NCBI GenBank assembly: GCA_963748215.1
Contig: CAVVHS010000002.1
Location: 96,001 to 160,000, forward strand
Source: an uncultured Gammaproteobacteria bacterium
GTDB lineage: Bacteria > Pseudomonadota > Gammaproteobacteria > UBA9214
Direction: 5' to 3'
DNA length: 64,000 bases
Made by a program: the position numbers and the translations under genes. This document shows, in pieces, positions 29,241-39,144 of the stretch (its first letter is position 1; each line of letters begins with the position of its first letter). Under the pieces are notes generated by a model. That model saw nothing but the letters and a program-made list of their open reading frames with translations. It was not told the DNA's origin and searched no databases.

Positions 29241-31697
29241 TTGCGCCTTCAAAACAAGATTCTGTTGCTGCTTGTCCCGCTGATAGTCCTGCCGCTGCTC
29301 GTGCTCGGCTGGTCTGCCTATGCGCTGCTCATGGAAGACGCGCGTGACCGCACCCAGCACCAGGTCACCACGCTGCTGGAACAGATCAGGTTCCATACCG
29401 AATCACTTCTGCAAACCGCGCGCGCGAATGCCAGCCTGTTCGCCAGTGCCGACCCCGTAACACAGTACATCCTCACACCACCCGATGAACCGAAAAAGCC
29501 CAGGCTCAAAAACGAGGTGCTGGATCTGCTGTTCAATTACCAGCTGGCCTACCCGGAATATTACGAGATACGGATTCTTTCAAGCGATGGCCAGGAAGAG
29601 CTGCGCTCCGTTATCGGCAATGTCGAAAACCTGTCTACCGATGAATCATCGACCGCCTATTTCAGGGGCACCAGTAATAAACCGGGCGTCATATACACGT
29701 CATTCTTCAACAATCCGGACAATAACAAGCCGGCATTGCTGACCAGCAAACCACTGACGGTTATCAGAAACAGCAGGGATGCGGAAAGCCACGTCGAGGT
29801 ACACGGTTACCTCATGCTGACCGTCGATCTCGGCATCATGGGCAGGCTGGCCCAGAGCGAAAAGGTCGGACAAAGCGGCCATGTGTTTTTCACCGACAGC
29901 AGGGGAAATATCCTGTTTCATCCAAAGGCTTCCGAAATCGGAAAACAGCTGCCTCCGGAGCTGTTCCTCAACATCAGCAAGGCGGCCGACAGGTTCACGC
30001 CGTTTGATTACAGCCATGATGGTGACATTTCCCATTACCAGGGGATCAAGCTGCATAACTGGTTGTATGCATTCGCCGTTTACGGTGAAGACGAATTCAT
30101 TGGCAAGAGCGTCAGCCTTGGCAGGCTGGTCACCATCATCACCTGTCTCGCCATCATCATCACTATCGCTTTCCTGCTCGGCATACTCAGGTCACTGCTC
30201 ATAAAGCCCATTCAGCAACTCAGTATTGCGGCACGCGAGATGGGCCATGGACAGGTGCTGGTACCGATCAATGTCGAATCCGATGACGAAATCGGTGACC
30301 TGGCAAACACGTTCAGGGAGATGGGAGAGAATCTCAATCACTACCACGAGCAGGTGCGCTACGTCGCCTACCATGACAGCCTGACCGGGCTGCCCAACCG
30401 GCTCATGTTCAAGGATTACCTGACACGCGCAACAGCAGAGGCACGCCGCAACTCCCAGGAACTCACCATCCTGTTCCTCGACCTGGATAACTTCAAGCGC
30501 ATCAATGACACGCTGGGGCACCAGGCCGGGGACAATCTGCTGGAAGCCTTCTCGGACCGGCTGTCAGGCTGCCTGCGCCAGACCGATGTCATTGCTCACT
30601 CGTCCCACGACACGTCAACCAGCGTAATGGCGCGACTCGCAGGCGACGAATTCATCATTCTGCTGCCCAGAACCACCGGCTCATCCCAGGCACAAAAAGT
30701 CGCTACCCGCGTCCTCGACTCCCTCAAGACGCCATTCAACATCGACAAGCAGGAATTGCATATCAGCTCCAGCATCGGCATCGCCCTGTACCCCGAAGAC
30801 GGGCAGAACGCGGATGACCTGATCAAGAACGCCGACATCGCCATGTATCATGCCAAGAAAGCGGGACGCAACAATTACCAGTTCTACTCCAGGAAGATGA
30901 ACGAGCGAGCATTGCTCAAGCTCAGGATCGAAAGCCGACTGCGCCATGCGGTGGAAAACAATGAACTGGAGATTCATTATCAGCCACAGGTCAGCCTGTC
31001 CACCGGCGTGATCACCGGGGCCGAGTCGCTGATCCGCTGGCGCGACGGCGAATCCGACATGATCCCGCCCGACGTATTTATCCCGATCGCGGAAGAATAC
31101 GGCCTGATCATTCCGATCAGCGAATGGCTGATCCACGAAGCCTGCCGCCAGGCCCAGGAATGGCTGGAAATGTACAACAACCCGATCACCATCGCGCTCA
31201 ATATATCTGCCATACATCTGAACGGGCGCGAACTCTCCAACCTGATATCGAAGACGCTGGATGCCACCGGCTACGATCCGCGCCTGCTGGAACTGGAACT
31301 TACGGAAACCAGCATTCTGAATGACCCCGAGCTCGCCATCGATACCCTCGGACAACTGCAGGCAATGGGGGTGCAGACCTCGCTGGACGATTTCGGTACG
31401 GGCTATTCCTCGCTCAATTACCTGATGCGCCTGCCCCTGAACAAGCTGAAGATCGATCGCAGTTTCATCCAGAATCTTGACAAGGATACGCGCGGCAAGG
31501 CCATCGTCTCCGCAATCATCGCGATGGCGCACAGTCTGGACCTGGAAGTCATCGCCGAGGGTATCGAGGAGGTCGGGCACCTCGAGTTGTTACGCAAGAT
31601 GCAGTGCGACATCGTGCAGGGTTATTACATCGCCCGCCCCATGCCTCCCCTGGAATTCGAAAAGATACTTGCGACCAGTATCAAGCTCATTGCCTGA
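29241..31697 (+). CDS. Cache/HAMP-GGDEF-EAL signalling protein
   Basis: TM-periplasmic-TM-HAMP, HDSLTGLPNR, RLAGDEF, ESLIRW, DDFGTGYSSL; TTG start chosen at 29241. Confidence 0.9.
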   Translation: MRLQNKILLLLVPLIVLPLLVLGWSAYALLMEDARDRTQHQVTTLLEQIRFHTESLLQTARANASLFASADPVTQYILTPPDEPKKPRLKNEVLDLLFNYQLAYPEYYEIRILSSDGQEELRSVIGNVENLSTDESSTAYFRGTSNKPGVIYTSFFNNPDNNKPALLTSKPLTVIRNSRDAESHVEVHGYLMLTVDLGIMGRLAQSEKVGQSGHVFFTDSRGNILFHPKASEIGKQLPPELFLNISKAADRFTPFDYSHDGDISHYQGIKLHNWLYAFAVYGEDEFIGKSVSLGRLVTIITCLAIIITIAFLLGILRSLLIKPIQQLSIAAREMGHGQVLVPINVESDDEIGDLANTFREMGENLNHYHEQVRYVAYHDSLTGLPNRLMFKDYLTRATAEARRNSQELTILFLDLDNFKRINDTLGHQAGDNLLEAFSDRLSGCLRQTDVIAHSSHDTSTSVMARLAGDEFIILLPRTTGSSQAQKVATRVLDSLKTPFNIDKQELHISSSIGIALYPEDGQNADDLIKNADIAMYHAKKAGRNNYQFYSRKMNERALLKLRIESRLRHAVENNELEIHYQPQVSLSTGVITGAESLIRWRDGESDMIPPDVFIPIAEEYGLIIPISEWLIHEACRQAQEWLEMYNNPITIALNISAIHLNGRELSNLISKTLDATGYDPRLLELELTETSILNDPELAIDTLGQLQAMGVQTSLDDFGTGYSSLNYLMRLPLNKLKIDRSFIQNLDKDTRGKAIVSAIIAMAHSLDLEVIAEGIEEVGHLELLRKMQCDIVQGYYIARPMPPLEFEKILATSIKLIA

Positions 31698-31839
31698 CAC
31701 GGGCCATGACACGCATGCGTCACGCAAACGCCCGTTGACATCAGGCAGCCACGGATTCCACGTGGGCCGCACACCTGATTGCCAGGGCAAGCCCGACACC
31801 CGGCCAGAATCACGCCGCCGACATGCAGTTGCCGAGTAT

Positions 31840-33555
31840 TCATGAGCGTGACAGCAGCATAAGCCACAGCACATTCAGCAGAAACAGCAACAGCGCAATC
31901 CCCTTCCAAACCAGTAACGGATTACGATCGATTAGCGGCTCCATGCTGCGCGTGACAAACTCGGGGTTCGGATGCGACAGGTCATGTATGAATTCCGACG
32001 ATACCGCGTATCGACGGCCGCGCTCGATTGCCACGGCCTTCTGCAGCGCCCGATCGAACCAGAGCGGAACTTCCGGGTTGATCTGCGATGCCGACCTGTA
32101 ACGCGCCCGGCGCAACCGGCGAAGCGTGAGTTCGTCTTTGCCATAGGGTAGCTGGCCTGTGACCAGCTCGTAGGCAACCACGCCTAGCGAATAGATGTCG
32201 GAGATATTGTCACCCCGCAGGCCCTGCAGATATTCCGGCGCCGTATAGTTGCGCGTACCCAACAGATTATCACGTGCCAATGGCGTGGTGATCTCCTCGA
32301 TACCGGCAATGCGCGTGGACCCGAAATCGATGATTTTCACGGTGCCGTAGCGATCGATCATGATGTTCTCGGGCTTGAGGTCCTGATGCACCATCTCAAG
32401 ACGGTGAAATGCGCGCAGTCCGGCGGCAATCTGCTGAACGATCTCGCGCACATCCTCGAGGGCCGGTTGCGGGTTATCGTTCATCCACTGGCGCAGCGTC
32501 CAGCCATCGATGAATTCGGAAACATAATACAGGCACTGGCGCCGGCCATGCGGCTCGAACACCTTGAGAACGTGCTGGTTGCGTATGCGCCGACCGGCCC
32601 ATTCCTCATGCAGGAAACCGTCGATGTATTCGGCATCGTCACTATAGTTAACCGACGGCGTCTTCAGGATGACCTTGCGATCGGTTTGTCCATCAACGGC
32701 CAGATACACCTGCGTGCGATTGCTGGCATGCAGCTCGCGCACGACCTTGTACCCATCCAGCACCATGCCAGGCTCCAGCGCCGGTGGAAAAAGCAGTTCG
32801 GAGAATTTCTGATAAAATTCGTTCTCATCAAGATCGGGTAACTGGTCGATATGCAACACCTGGCAAGTTACGTTGTCATGACTGCCATTGGCCAGCGCCT
32901 GCTCCGCGATGCGACGGGCCTTTGTATCCGGATCGCTGTGTCGATCGTAGATGAAAGCGGCCAGCGCCGTGTCATCCAGGTAGTCATGCACACCGTCCGT
33001 GGTGAGCAGGTAGATATCATCCTGTTCTACCGGCAGCGCACGATAATCGATTTCCATGTGCAGTTCGATGCCCATGGCACGACTCAAGACATTCTTGTCC
33101 GAGCCGAGACGGACGCGGTGATCACGCGTAAGACATTCCAGGCTACCCCTGCGCATGCGGTAGATACGCGTGTCTCCGACATGGAACAGGTGCACAGTGG
33201 CCGACTTGATAACCAACACGCTTAGCGTGGTAACCATGGCCTGCGTGGATTCGTATTCACGGTGGCCCTGCCCGTACAGCCAGCGATTGAGTGCGGTAAG
33301 TACCTTGGCTCCCGCCGTCTCGGTGCTCCACGATTCCGGCGTGGTGAAATAGTCAGCGAGAAAGCCGGTTACACAGGCCTCGGATGCCAGCTTGCCGGCC
33401 TCGCTGCTGCTCACGCCATCGGCGATGACCGCGGCAACACCCTTGGTCCTGAGCAACGCAGCATCCGGCATACGGATCCCGCAGCTGTCGTCGTTGCTAT
33501 CCTTGTTGCCGGCAGTACTGTATTGACCGCAGGTTATTTTCAGGGCGGATGACAT
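31840..33555 (-). CDS. Bifunctional PP2C phosphatase / Ser-Thr kinase with C-terminal TM helix
   Basis: IADGVSS, LTTDGVH, GSHDNVT (PP2C); HQDLKPEN, IIDFGS, YTAPE (kinase). Confidence 0.9.
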   Translation of the reverse strand: MSSALKITCGQYSTAGNKDSNDDSCGIRMPDAALLRTKGVAAVIADGVSSSEAGKLASEACVTGFLADYFTTPESWSTETAGAKVLTALNRWLYGQGHREYESTQAMVTTLSVLVIKSATVHLFHVGDTRIYRMRRGSLECLTRDHRVRLGSDKNVLSRAMGIELHMEIDYRALPVEQDDIYLLTTDGVHDYLDDTALAAFIYDRHSDPDTKARRIAEQALANGSHDNVTCQVLHIDQLPDLDENEFYQKFSELLFPPALEPGMVLDGYKVVRELHASNRTQVYLAVDGQTDRKVILKTPSVNYSDDAEYIDGFLHEEWAGRRIRNQHVLKVFEPHGRRQCLYYVSEFIDGWTLRQWMNDNPQPALEDVREIVQQIAAGLRAFHRLEMVHQDLKPENIMIDRYGTVKIIDFGSTRIAGIEEITTPLARDNLLGTRNYTAPEYLQGLRGDNISDIYSLGVVAYELVTGQLPYGKDELTLRRLRRARYRSASQINPEVPLWFDRALQKAVAIERGRRYAVSSEFIHDLSHPNPEFVTRSMEPLIDRNPLLVWKGIALLLFLLNVLWLMLLSRS

Positions 33556-33734
33556 GTTTATAACCGTGATACGTGACTGGTTAAACCTTATACTGGTTTA
33601 TCGGCTTCCGATCCCGAGCAGAACCAGGGCCGGATCCTGTATTCCCGAAGGATACAGCGATCGGGCCCTGTGCATGTATCACCTTTGGCGTTTTACATAG
33701 GGTCTGATGCCTTTCCGGACACGGCGGCAGGCCC

Positions 33735-35204
33735 CTAGGTCACCTCGATCATCTGCACCGTCCCGTCGGGCAACACTTCTGCCATATGTCCCTGCGGCTC
33801 ATCCAGAAACAGCGCCACGGCCGCCAGCGTCACCACGGCGGCAGCGGCGATCACCATGAAGAACACCTGCGGAGACACAAACGAAAGCACGGTCAGGAAG
33901 CTCACGGCTCCGACGTTGCCATAGGCACCGGCCATACCCGCCACCTGACCGGTGAGGCGGCGCTTCACCAGTGGCACCATGGCGAACACCGCGCCCTCAC
34001 CTGACTGTACGAAAAAGGAGCAGACCATGGTCATGGCGACAGCGAGCATAACCGGCCAGCTGGAATCGATCTGGCTCATGAACAGGTACCCGGCCGCCAG
34101 TCCCGTCAGGAGTACCAGCAGGGTCTTCTTGCGTCCGAAACGGTCACTGATCAGACCACCACCGGGACGCGCGACCAGGTTCATGAAGGCGTAGCCGGAG
34201 GCGAGCAGGCCGGCCTGCACCAGCGACAATTCGAAGGTGTCCTTGAAAAACAGCGGCAGCATCGAGACCACGGCCAGTTCCGAGCCGAATGTCACCAGGT
34301 AGGCGAGGTCCAGTATGGCGACCTGCTTGAACTTGTAGCGTTCGAATTCGGGAACCTCGCCGGTAAACACATGCCGGTTGACCTGATAGATGCGCACGGT
34401 CTGAAAGATATACAGACCGACCAGTACCGCATAGCTCAGGTTGGTCGCACCGGCATCGAGTAATTTCAGGTTGGCCGGCCCAAGCTTCCAGGCCAGCACG
34501 GCCAGCGCGGCATACAACGGAATGTTCATGACCAGATAGAGAAAGAAATCACCGCGGCTGGTCACTTCCATGCCGCCGTTCTTCTTCGGCTTGAAATAAG
34601 TCGAACCCTTGGGGGTATCGCTCACCGAGAAGAAATAGACTGCCGAGTACACCAGCGTCAGCACGCCGGTGAGGGCGATAGCATGGCGCCAGCCATCTTC
34701 ACCACCCAGCCACAATGCCAGTGTCGGCAGGCTGAGTGCCGCCGCAGCCGAGCCAAAGTTGCCCCAGCCACCATAGACGCCCTCGGCGACACCCACCTGC
34801 CGAGCCGGAAACCATTCGCCGATCATGCGGATGCCGATCACGAATCCCGCCCCGACGAAGCCCAGCAGGAAGCGCATCAACGCCAGACGCTCAAAGGTGT
34901 CCGCGAATGCAAATCCGAAACACAGGAAACTGGAAACGAACAGCAAGAGCGAATAGATACGACGCGGCCCGAAGGCGTCCACCAGCATGCCGATAATGAT
35001 GCGCGCCGGGATGGTCAATGCCACGTTGAGGATCAGCAGCATTTTCACCTGCTGGTCAGACAGCCCGAAGGCGTCGCGAATCGACGCCATCACGGGAGCG
35101 TGGTTGAACCACACGAAGAAGGACAGGAAAAACGCGAACCAGGTCAGATGCAGGATCTGATATTTCCCGGAAAACGATAACAGCTTGAGCCTGGACTCCG
35201 ACAT
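33735..35204 (-). CDS. narK: NarK/NasA-type MFS nitrate/nitrite transporter
   Basis: [52 protein letters not shown]. Confidence 0.93.
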   Translation of the reverse strand: MSESRLKLLSFSGKYQILHLTWFAFFLSFFVWFNHAPVMASIRDAFGLSDQQVKMLLILNVALTIPARIIIGMLVDAFGPRRIYSLLLFVSSFLCFGFAFADTFERLALMRFLLGFVGAGFVIGIRMIGEWFPARQVGVAEGVYGGWGNFGSAAAALSLPTLALWLGGEDGWRHAIALTGVLTLVYSAVYFFSVSDTPKGSTYFKPKKNGGMEVTSRGDFFLYLVMNIPLYAALAVLAWKLGPANLKLLDAGATNLSYAVLVGLYIFQTVRIYQVNRHVFTGEVPEFERYKFKQVAILDLAYLVTFGSELAVVSMLPLFFKDTFELSLVQAGLLASGYAFMNLVARPGGGLISDRFGRKKTLLVLLTGLAAGYLFMSQIDSSWPVMLAVAMTMVCSFFVQSGEGAVFAMVPLVKRRLTGQVAGMAGAYGNVGAVSFLTVLSFVSPQVFFMVIAAAAVVTLAAVALFLDEPQGHMAEVLPDGTVQMIEVT

Positions 35205-35260
35205 AAATACTCCTTTACGGTGATGCATCCGACGCCGGATGCCATGTTCAGGAGAGTTAG

Positions 35261-35276
35261 AGCAAGGAGCATGCCA
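35261..35276 (-). promoter_or_regulatory. sigma54 promoter of narK
   Basis: TGGCATGCTCCTTGCT matches TGGCAC-N5-TTGCW; NtrC-like GCACCA-GCC-TGGTGC at 35473-35489. Confidence 0.82.
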
Positions 35277-35843
35277 GCTCCACCGACACAACAGTATGGC
35301 GCGCTGATGCGTTCGCCGGCCAGTAACGTTGTTTACTGGATTTCATTGTTTGTATCTGCACTTAAGTCAATTGAACAGGGCGTGGAGTCGCGCTTGTCGT
35401 GCCGCCGAACAAGTGCATCATTGCAAGCACGTGGCGGTGATCTGCCTGCAGGCAGTGCATGAAATACATATTGGCACCAGCCTGGTGCGGCCATATCAAG
35501 ACACTAGACCGGCCTGACAAGGGCAGAATACTTTGTTTGTGCAGGCAGGCTTCGGCAGGGGCACGCGCACACAGACGGTTCGTAGGCGCAATCGTGATCG
35601 TGTCGGCAACCATCGCGCCGTCAGCATTGCCGGGCCGCCGTCATACCTGCCACATCCTCAGGAGCTTTACCGCCAGTGCCGGCGCTTGTGATCCCGACTT
35701 CGAAGCCTCCTGTGCGCAGGTATAACGCAACGCGTGAACACTGTGCATCAAACCGGTGCCAGCCTGCCTTCCCGCCTGTCGCACGACCGATGCAAAGCGA
35801 ATGGCGTAAATGCAGCATATTAAAGGTGCATATTACTGGCCGG

Positions 35844-35975
35844 TGCGCCAACTTGGTGCAAAAAGTGGCGATGTTACACCCGGCCGCCAGTCCGGGCCGC
35901 ACCAAAATAGCAAATTTGATTCAGGGGCTTACAGATTTTCACCGGACAAACCACCGCGCTGGTACGGACCTTGCA
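35844..35975 (+). promoter_or_regulatory. NtrC-like box and sigma54 promoter of the nirB operon
   Basis: TGCGCCAACTTGGTGCA (35844-35860); TGGTACGGACCTTGCA (35960-35975). Confidence 0.8.
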
Positions 35976-36017
35976 AATTTCCCGCTAATGCATCGGTAAC
36001 AAGCACAGGAAACGGCT

Positions 36018-38450
36018 ATGAAGGAAAAACTCGTCCTGGTAGGCAACGGCATGGCCGGCGTACGTACCCTCGAGGAACTGCTCAAGCTCGCACCGGAACG
36101 TTATGACATCACGGTGTTCGGCGCCGAGCCATACGGCAACTACAACCGGATCATGCTGTCACCCGTGCTGGCCGGCGAGAAAACCATCGATGACATCATG
36201 CTCAACGACGAGCAATGGTATATCGATAATGGTATCAGCCTGCACAAGGGCAAGACCGTTACCCGCATCGACAGGCTGCGGCGCCAGGTGATCGCCGATG
36301 ACAGTACCACGGCACACTATGACCGCCTGCTGCTGGCGACCGGCTCCAACCCGTTCATCATCCCGGTACAGGGACACGACAAGGACGGGGTGATTGCCTT
36401 CCGCGACATCCACGATGTCGACACCATGCTGGCGGCTTCGCGCGACTACAGGAAGGCCGTGGTAATCGGTGGCGGCCTGCTCGGACTGGAAGCCGCCAAC
36501 GGCCTGATGAAACAGGGCATGGAGGTGACCGTCGTGCACCTGCTCGACTCGCTGATGGAACGCCAGCTCGACAAGCCGGCGTCGGGGCTGCTCAAGCGCT
36601 CGCTGGAACAGCGCGGCATGACCTTTTTAATGGAAGCCCAGACCAGCGAGATCCTCGGCAACGGCCGCGTCCGCGGCGTGCGTTTCAAGGATGGCAGCGA
36701 AGTCGAGGCCGACCTGGTGGTAATGGGTGTCGGCATCGTGCCGAATGCCGCCCTGGCGAAGAGTGCCGGCCTGTACTGCGAGCGCGGCATCGTGGTGAAC
36801 GACGTCATGCAGACGTACGACCCGCGCATCTACGCGGTCGGCGAATGCGCTCAGCATCGCGGCATCGCCTACGGCCTGGTCGCGCCACTGTTCGAGCAGG
36901 GCAAGGTTGCGGCCAACCAGCTCGCCGGCCTTGGCTATTCCCATTACAAGGGCTCGGTCACCTCGACCAAGCTCAAGGTCACCGGCATCGACCTGTTCTC
37001 GGCCGGCGAGTTCAACGAATCCGAGGGCGACGAGGTACTGGTATTGCAGGACGATGCCGCCGGCAACTACAAGAAACTGGTCATCCGCGACAACCGGGTC
37101 AAGGGTGCGGTGCTGTACGGCGATACCATCGACGGCAGCTGGTACTTTCAGCTGATGCGTGAGGGCACTGGCATCGCGGATTTTCGCAAGACCCTGCTGT
37201 TCGGCCAGCACGACCTGGGTGACGCCGGCCACGGCGACGAGACGCGTGTCATGTCGCTGCCCGACTCGGCAGAGATCTGCGGCTGCAACGGCGTGTGCAA
37301 GGGCGATATCGTCAAGGCCATCAGCAAGCAGGGCCTGTTCACGCTGGATGATGTCCGCGCCCACACCAAGGCCTCCAGTTCCTGCGGTTCCTGCACCGGC
37401 CTGGTAGAGGCGCTGCTCGCCAGCACGGTGGGCGAAGGCTACGATGCCTCGCTCAACAGGAAACCGATGTGCAAGTGCACCCAGTACAGCCACGACGAGG
37501 TGATCGCTGCCATCAAGCAAAACGAACTGAAGGCCATGCCTGCGGTACGCAATTTCCTGGAGTGGAAGAACCCGGACGGTTGCGCCGCCTGCCGCCCGGC
37601 ACTCAATTACTACCTGCTGGCCTACTGGCCCGGCGAATACCGGGACGATGCGCAGTCGCGCTTCATCAACGAGCGCGCGCACGGCAACATCCAGAAGGAC
37701 GGCACCTACTCGGTGGTGCCGCGCATGTTCGGCGGGCTGTGCAAGCCGGACGAGCTGCGCGCCATCGCCGATGCCTGTGACAAGTACCAGGTACCGGAGG
37801 TCAAGGTCACCGGCGGCCAGCGTATCGACATGTTCGGCGTGAAAAAGGAAGACCTGCCGCTGATGTGGAAGGACCTGTCCGAGGCCGGCCTGGTCTCGGG
37901 TCATGCCTATGCCAAGGCGTTGCGCACGGTGAAGACCTGTGCCGGCAAGACCTGGTGTCGATTCGGTACCCAGGACTCGACCGGGCTTGGCGTGCAGCTG
38001 GAGCAGATGACCTGGGGCTCGTGGATGCCGCATAAATACAAGATGGCGGTGTCGGGCTGTCCGCGCAACTGTGCCGAGGCCACCATCAAGGACTTCGGCG
38101 TGGTGTGCGTCGACTCCGGTTACGAATTGCACATCGGCGGCAACGGTGGCATCAAGGTGCGCATCACCGACCTGCTCACCAAGGTCGAGACCGAGGAACA
38201 GGTGAAGGAATACTGCGGCGCGTTTACCCAGCTGTACCGCGAGGAAGCTCACTACCTGGAACGCACCGCCCCCTGGGTTGAACGTGTCAGCCTGAGCTAT
38301 ATCAAGGGCAGGATCCTGGAAGACGCGGAAGACCGCAAGGCACTGTACGAGCGATTCCTGTATTCACAGCAGTTCTCGCAGACCGACCCCTGGAAGGAAC
38401 GCGCCGACGGTTTCGCAGCACACGAGTTCACGCCCCTGAAGATCGCGTAA
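36018..38450 (+). CDS. nirB: Assimilatory NAD(P)H nitrite reductase large subunit
   Basis: VGNGMAG, GGGLLGLEAA, ICGCNGVCKG, HGNIQKDGTYSVVPR, VKTCAG, SGCPRNCAE. Confidence 0.97.
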   Translation: MKEKLVLVGNGMAGVRTLEELLKLAPERYDITVFGAEPYGNYNRIMLSPVLAGEKTIDDIMLNDEQWYIDNGISLHKGKTVTRIDRLRRQVIADDSTTAHYDRLLLATGSNPFIIPVQGHDKDGVIAFRDIHDVDTMLAASRDYRKAVVIGGGLLGLEAANGLMKQGMEVTVVHLLDSLMERQLDKPASGLLKRSLEQRGMTFLMEAQTSEILGNGRVRGVRFKDGSEVEADLVVMGVGIVPNAALAKSAGLYCERGIVVNDVMQTYDPRIYAVGECAQHRGIAYGLVAPLFEQGKVAANQLAGLGYSHYKGSVTSTKLKVTGIDLFSAGEFNESEGDEVLVLQDDAAGNYKKLVIRDNRVKGAVLYGDTIDGSWYFQLMREGTGIADFRKTLLFGQHDLGDAGHGDETRVMSLPDSAEICGCNGVCKGDIVKAISKQGLFTLDDVRAHTKASSSCGSCTGLVEALLASTVGEGYDASLNRKPMCKCTQYSHDEVIAAIKQNELKAMPAVRNFLEWKNPDGCAACRPALNYYLLAYWPGEYRDDAQSRFINERAHGNIQKDGTYSVVPRMFGGLCKPDELRAIADACDKYQVPEVKVTGGQRIDMFGVKKEDLPLMWKDLSEAGLVSGHAYAKALRTVKTCAGKTWCRFGTQDSTGLGVQLEQMTWGSWMPHKYKMAVSGCPRNCAEATIKDFGVVCVDSGYELHIGGNGGIKVRITDLLTKVETEEQVKEYCGAFTQLYREEAHYLERTAPWVERVSLSYIKGRILEDAEDRKALYERFLYSQQFSQTDPWKERADGFAAHEFTPLKIA

Positions 38451-38485
38451 CAAACCCATTGCCACAGAGATACGGAGCCATAGAG

Positions 38486-38659
38486 ATGAAGATTAAAATT
38501 GACGTCAACCTTGAACTGGGCTTGCAGGAATACGGTCTGCAACAAGCCGAAAAATCGATTCCGGAAAGCGTACGCCGCCCTGATTGGATGGAAATAACGG
38601 AATACGAAGCACCTGCACAAGCTGCATTCAGGACGTATTCAAAAAAGGCGTTACATTGA
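38486..38659 (+). other. 57-codon ORF between CACAGAG-type inverted repeats
   Basis: GCCACAGAG (38461) ... CTCTGTGGC (38681-38689) bracket a lower-GC insert between nirB and nirD. Confidence 0.4.
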
Positions 38660-38711
38660 TTTCCCTGTGTACTCCATGCCCTCTGTGGCGAATCCTGTGA
38701 AAGGTAGCACC

Positions 38712-39041
38712 ATGACCAACTGGACTGAAATCGCAAAGCTGGAAGACATCCCGCGACTCGGCGCACGTGTGCTGAAAACCGACACCATCAACATCGCGCT
38801 GTTTCGTACCGCGCTGGATGAAGTGTTCGCCATCAGGGACGAGTGCCCGCACCGCGGGGGACCGCTGTCGCAGGGCATCGTGCATGGCACCTCGGTGAGC
38901 TGCCCGCTGCACAACTGGAAGATCGATCTGGCCAGCGGTCAGGCGCTGGGTCCGGATGAAGGCTGCACCAATACCTTTGCCACCCGGGTCGAGAATGGCC
39001 GGGTTTACCTGGCGCTGAAAGCCGACGAGGTCGCCGCGTGA
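38712..39041 (+). CDS. nirD: Nitrite reductase small (Rieske) subunit
   Basis: CPHRGGPLSQG...CPLHNW. Confidence 0.94.
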   Translation: MTNWTEIAKLEDIPRLGARVLKTDTINIALFRTALDEVFAIRDECPHRGGPLSQGIVHGTSVSCPLHNWKIDLASGQALGPDEGCTNTFATRVENGRVYLALKADEVAA

Positions 39042-39062
39042 GCGTGCTGCTAGAAATAGCCT

Positions 39063-39127
39063 GTAGGAGCGGATCTCATCCGCGACTCTGTTAACCATTC
39101 TCAACCGCGCATGAGATGCGCTCCTAC
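39063..39127. repeat. REPIN (REP family 1)
   Basis: GTAGGAGCGGATCTCATCCGCG...CGCGCATGAGATGCGCTCCTAC. Confidence 0.9.
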
Positions 39128-39144
39128 GCGTAACAGGAAATCCC

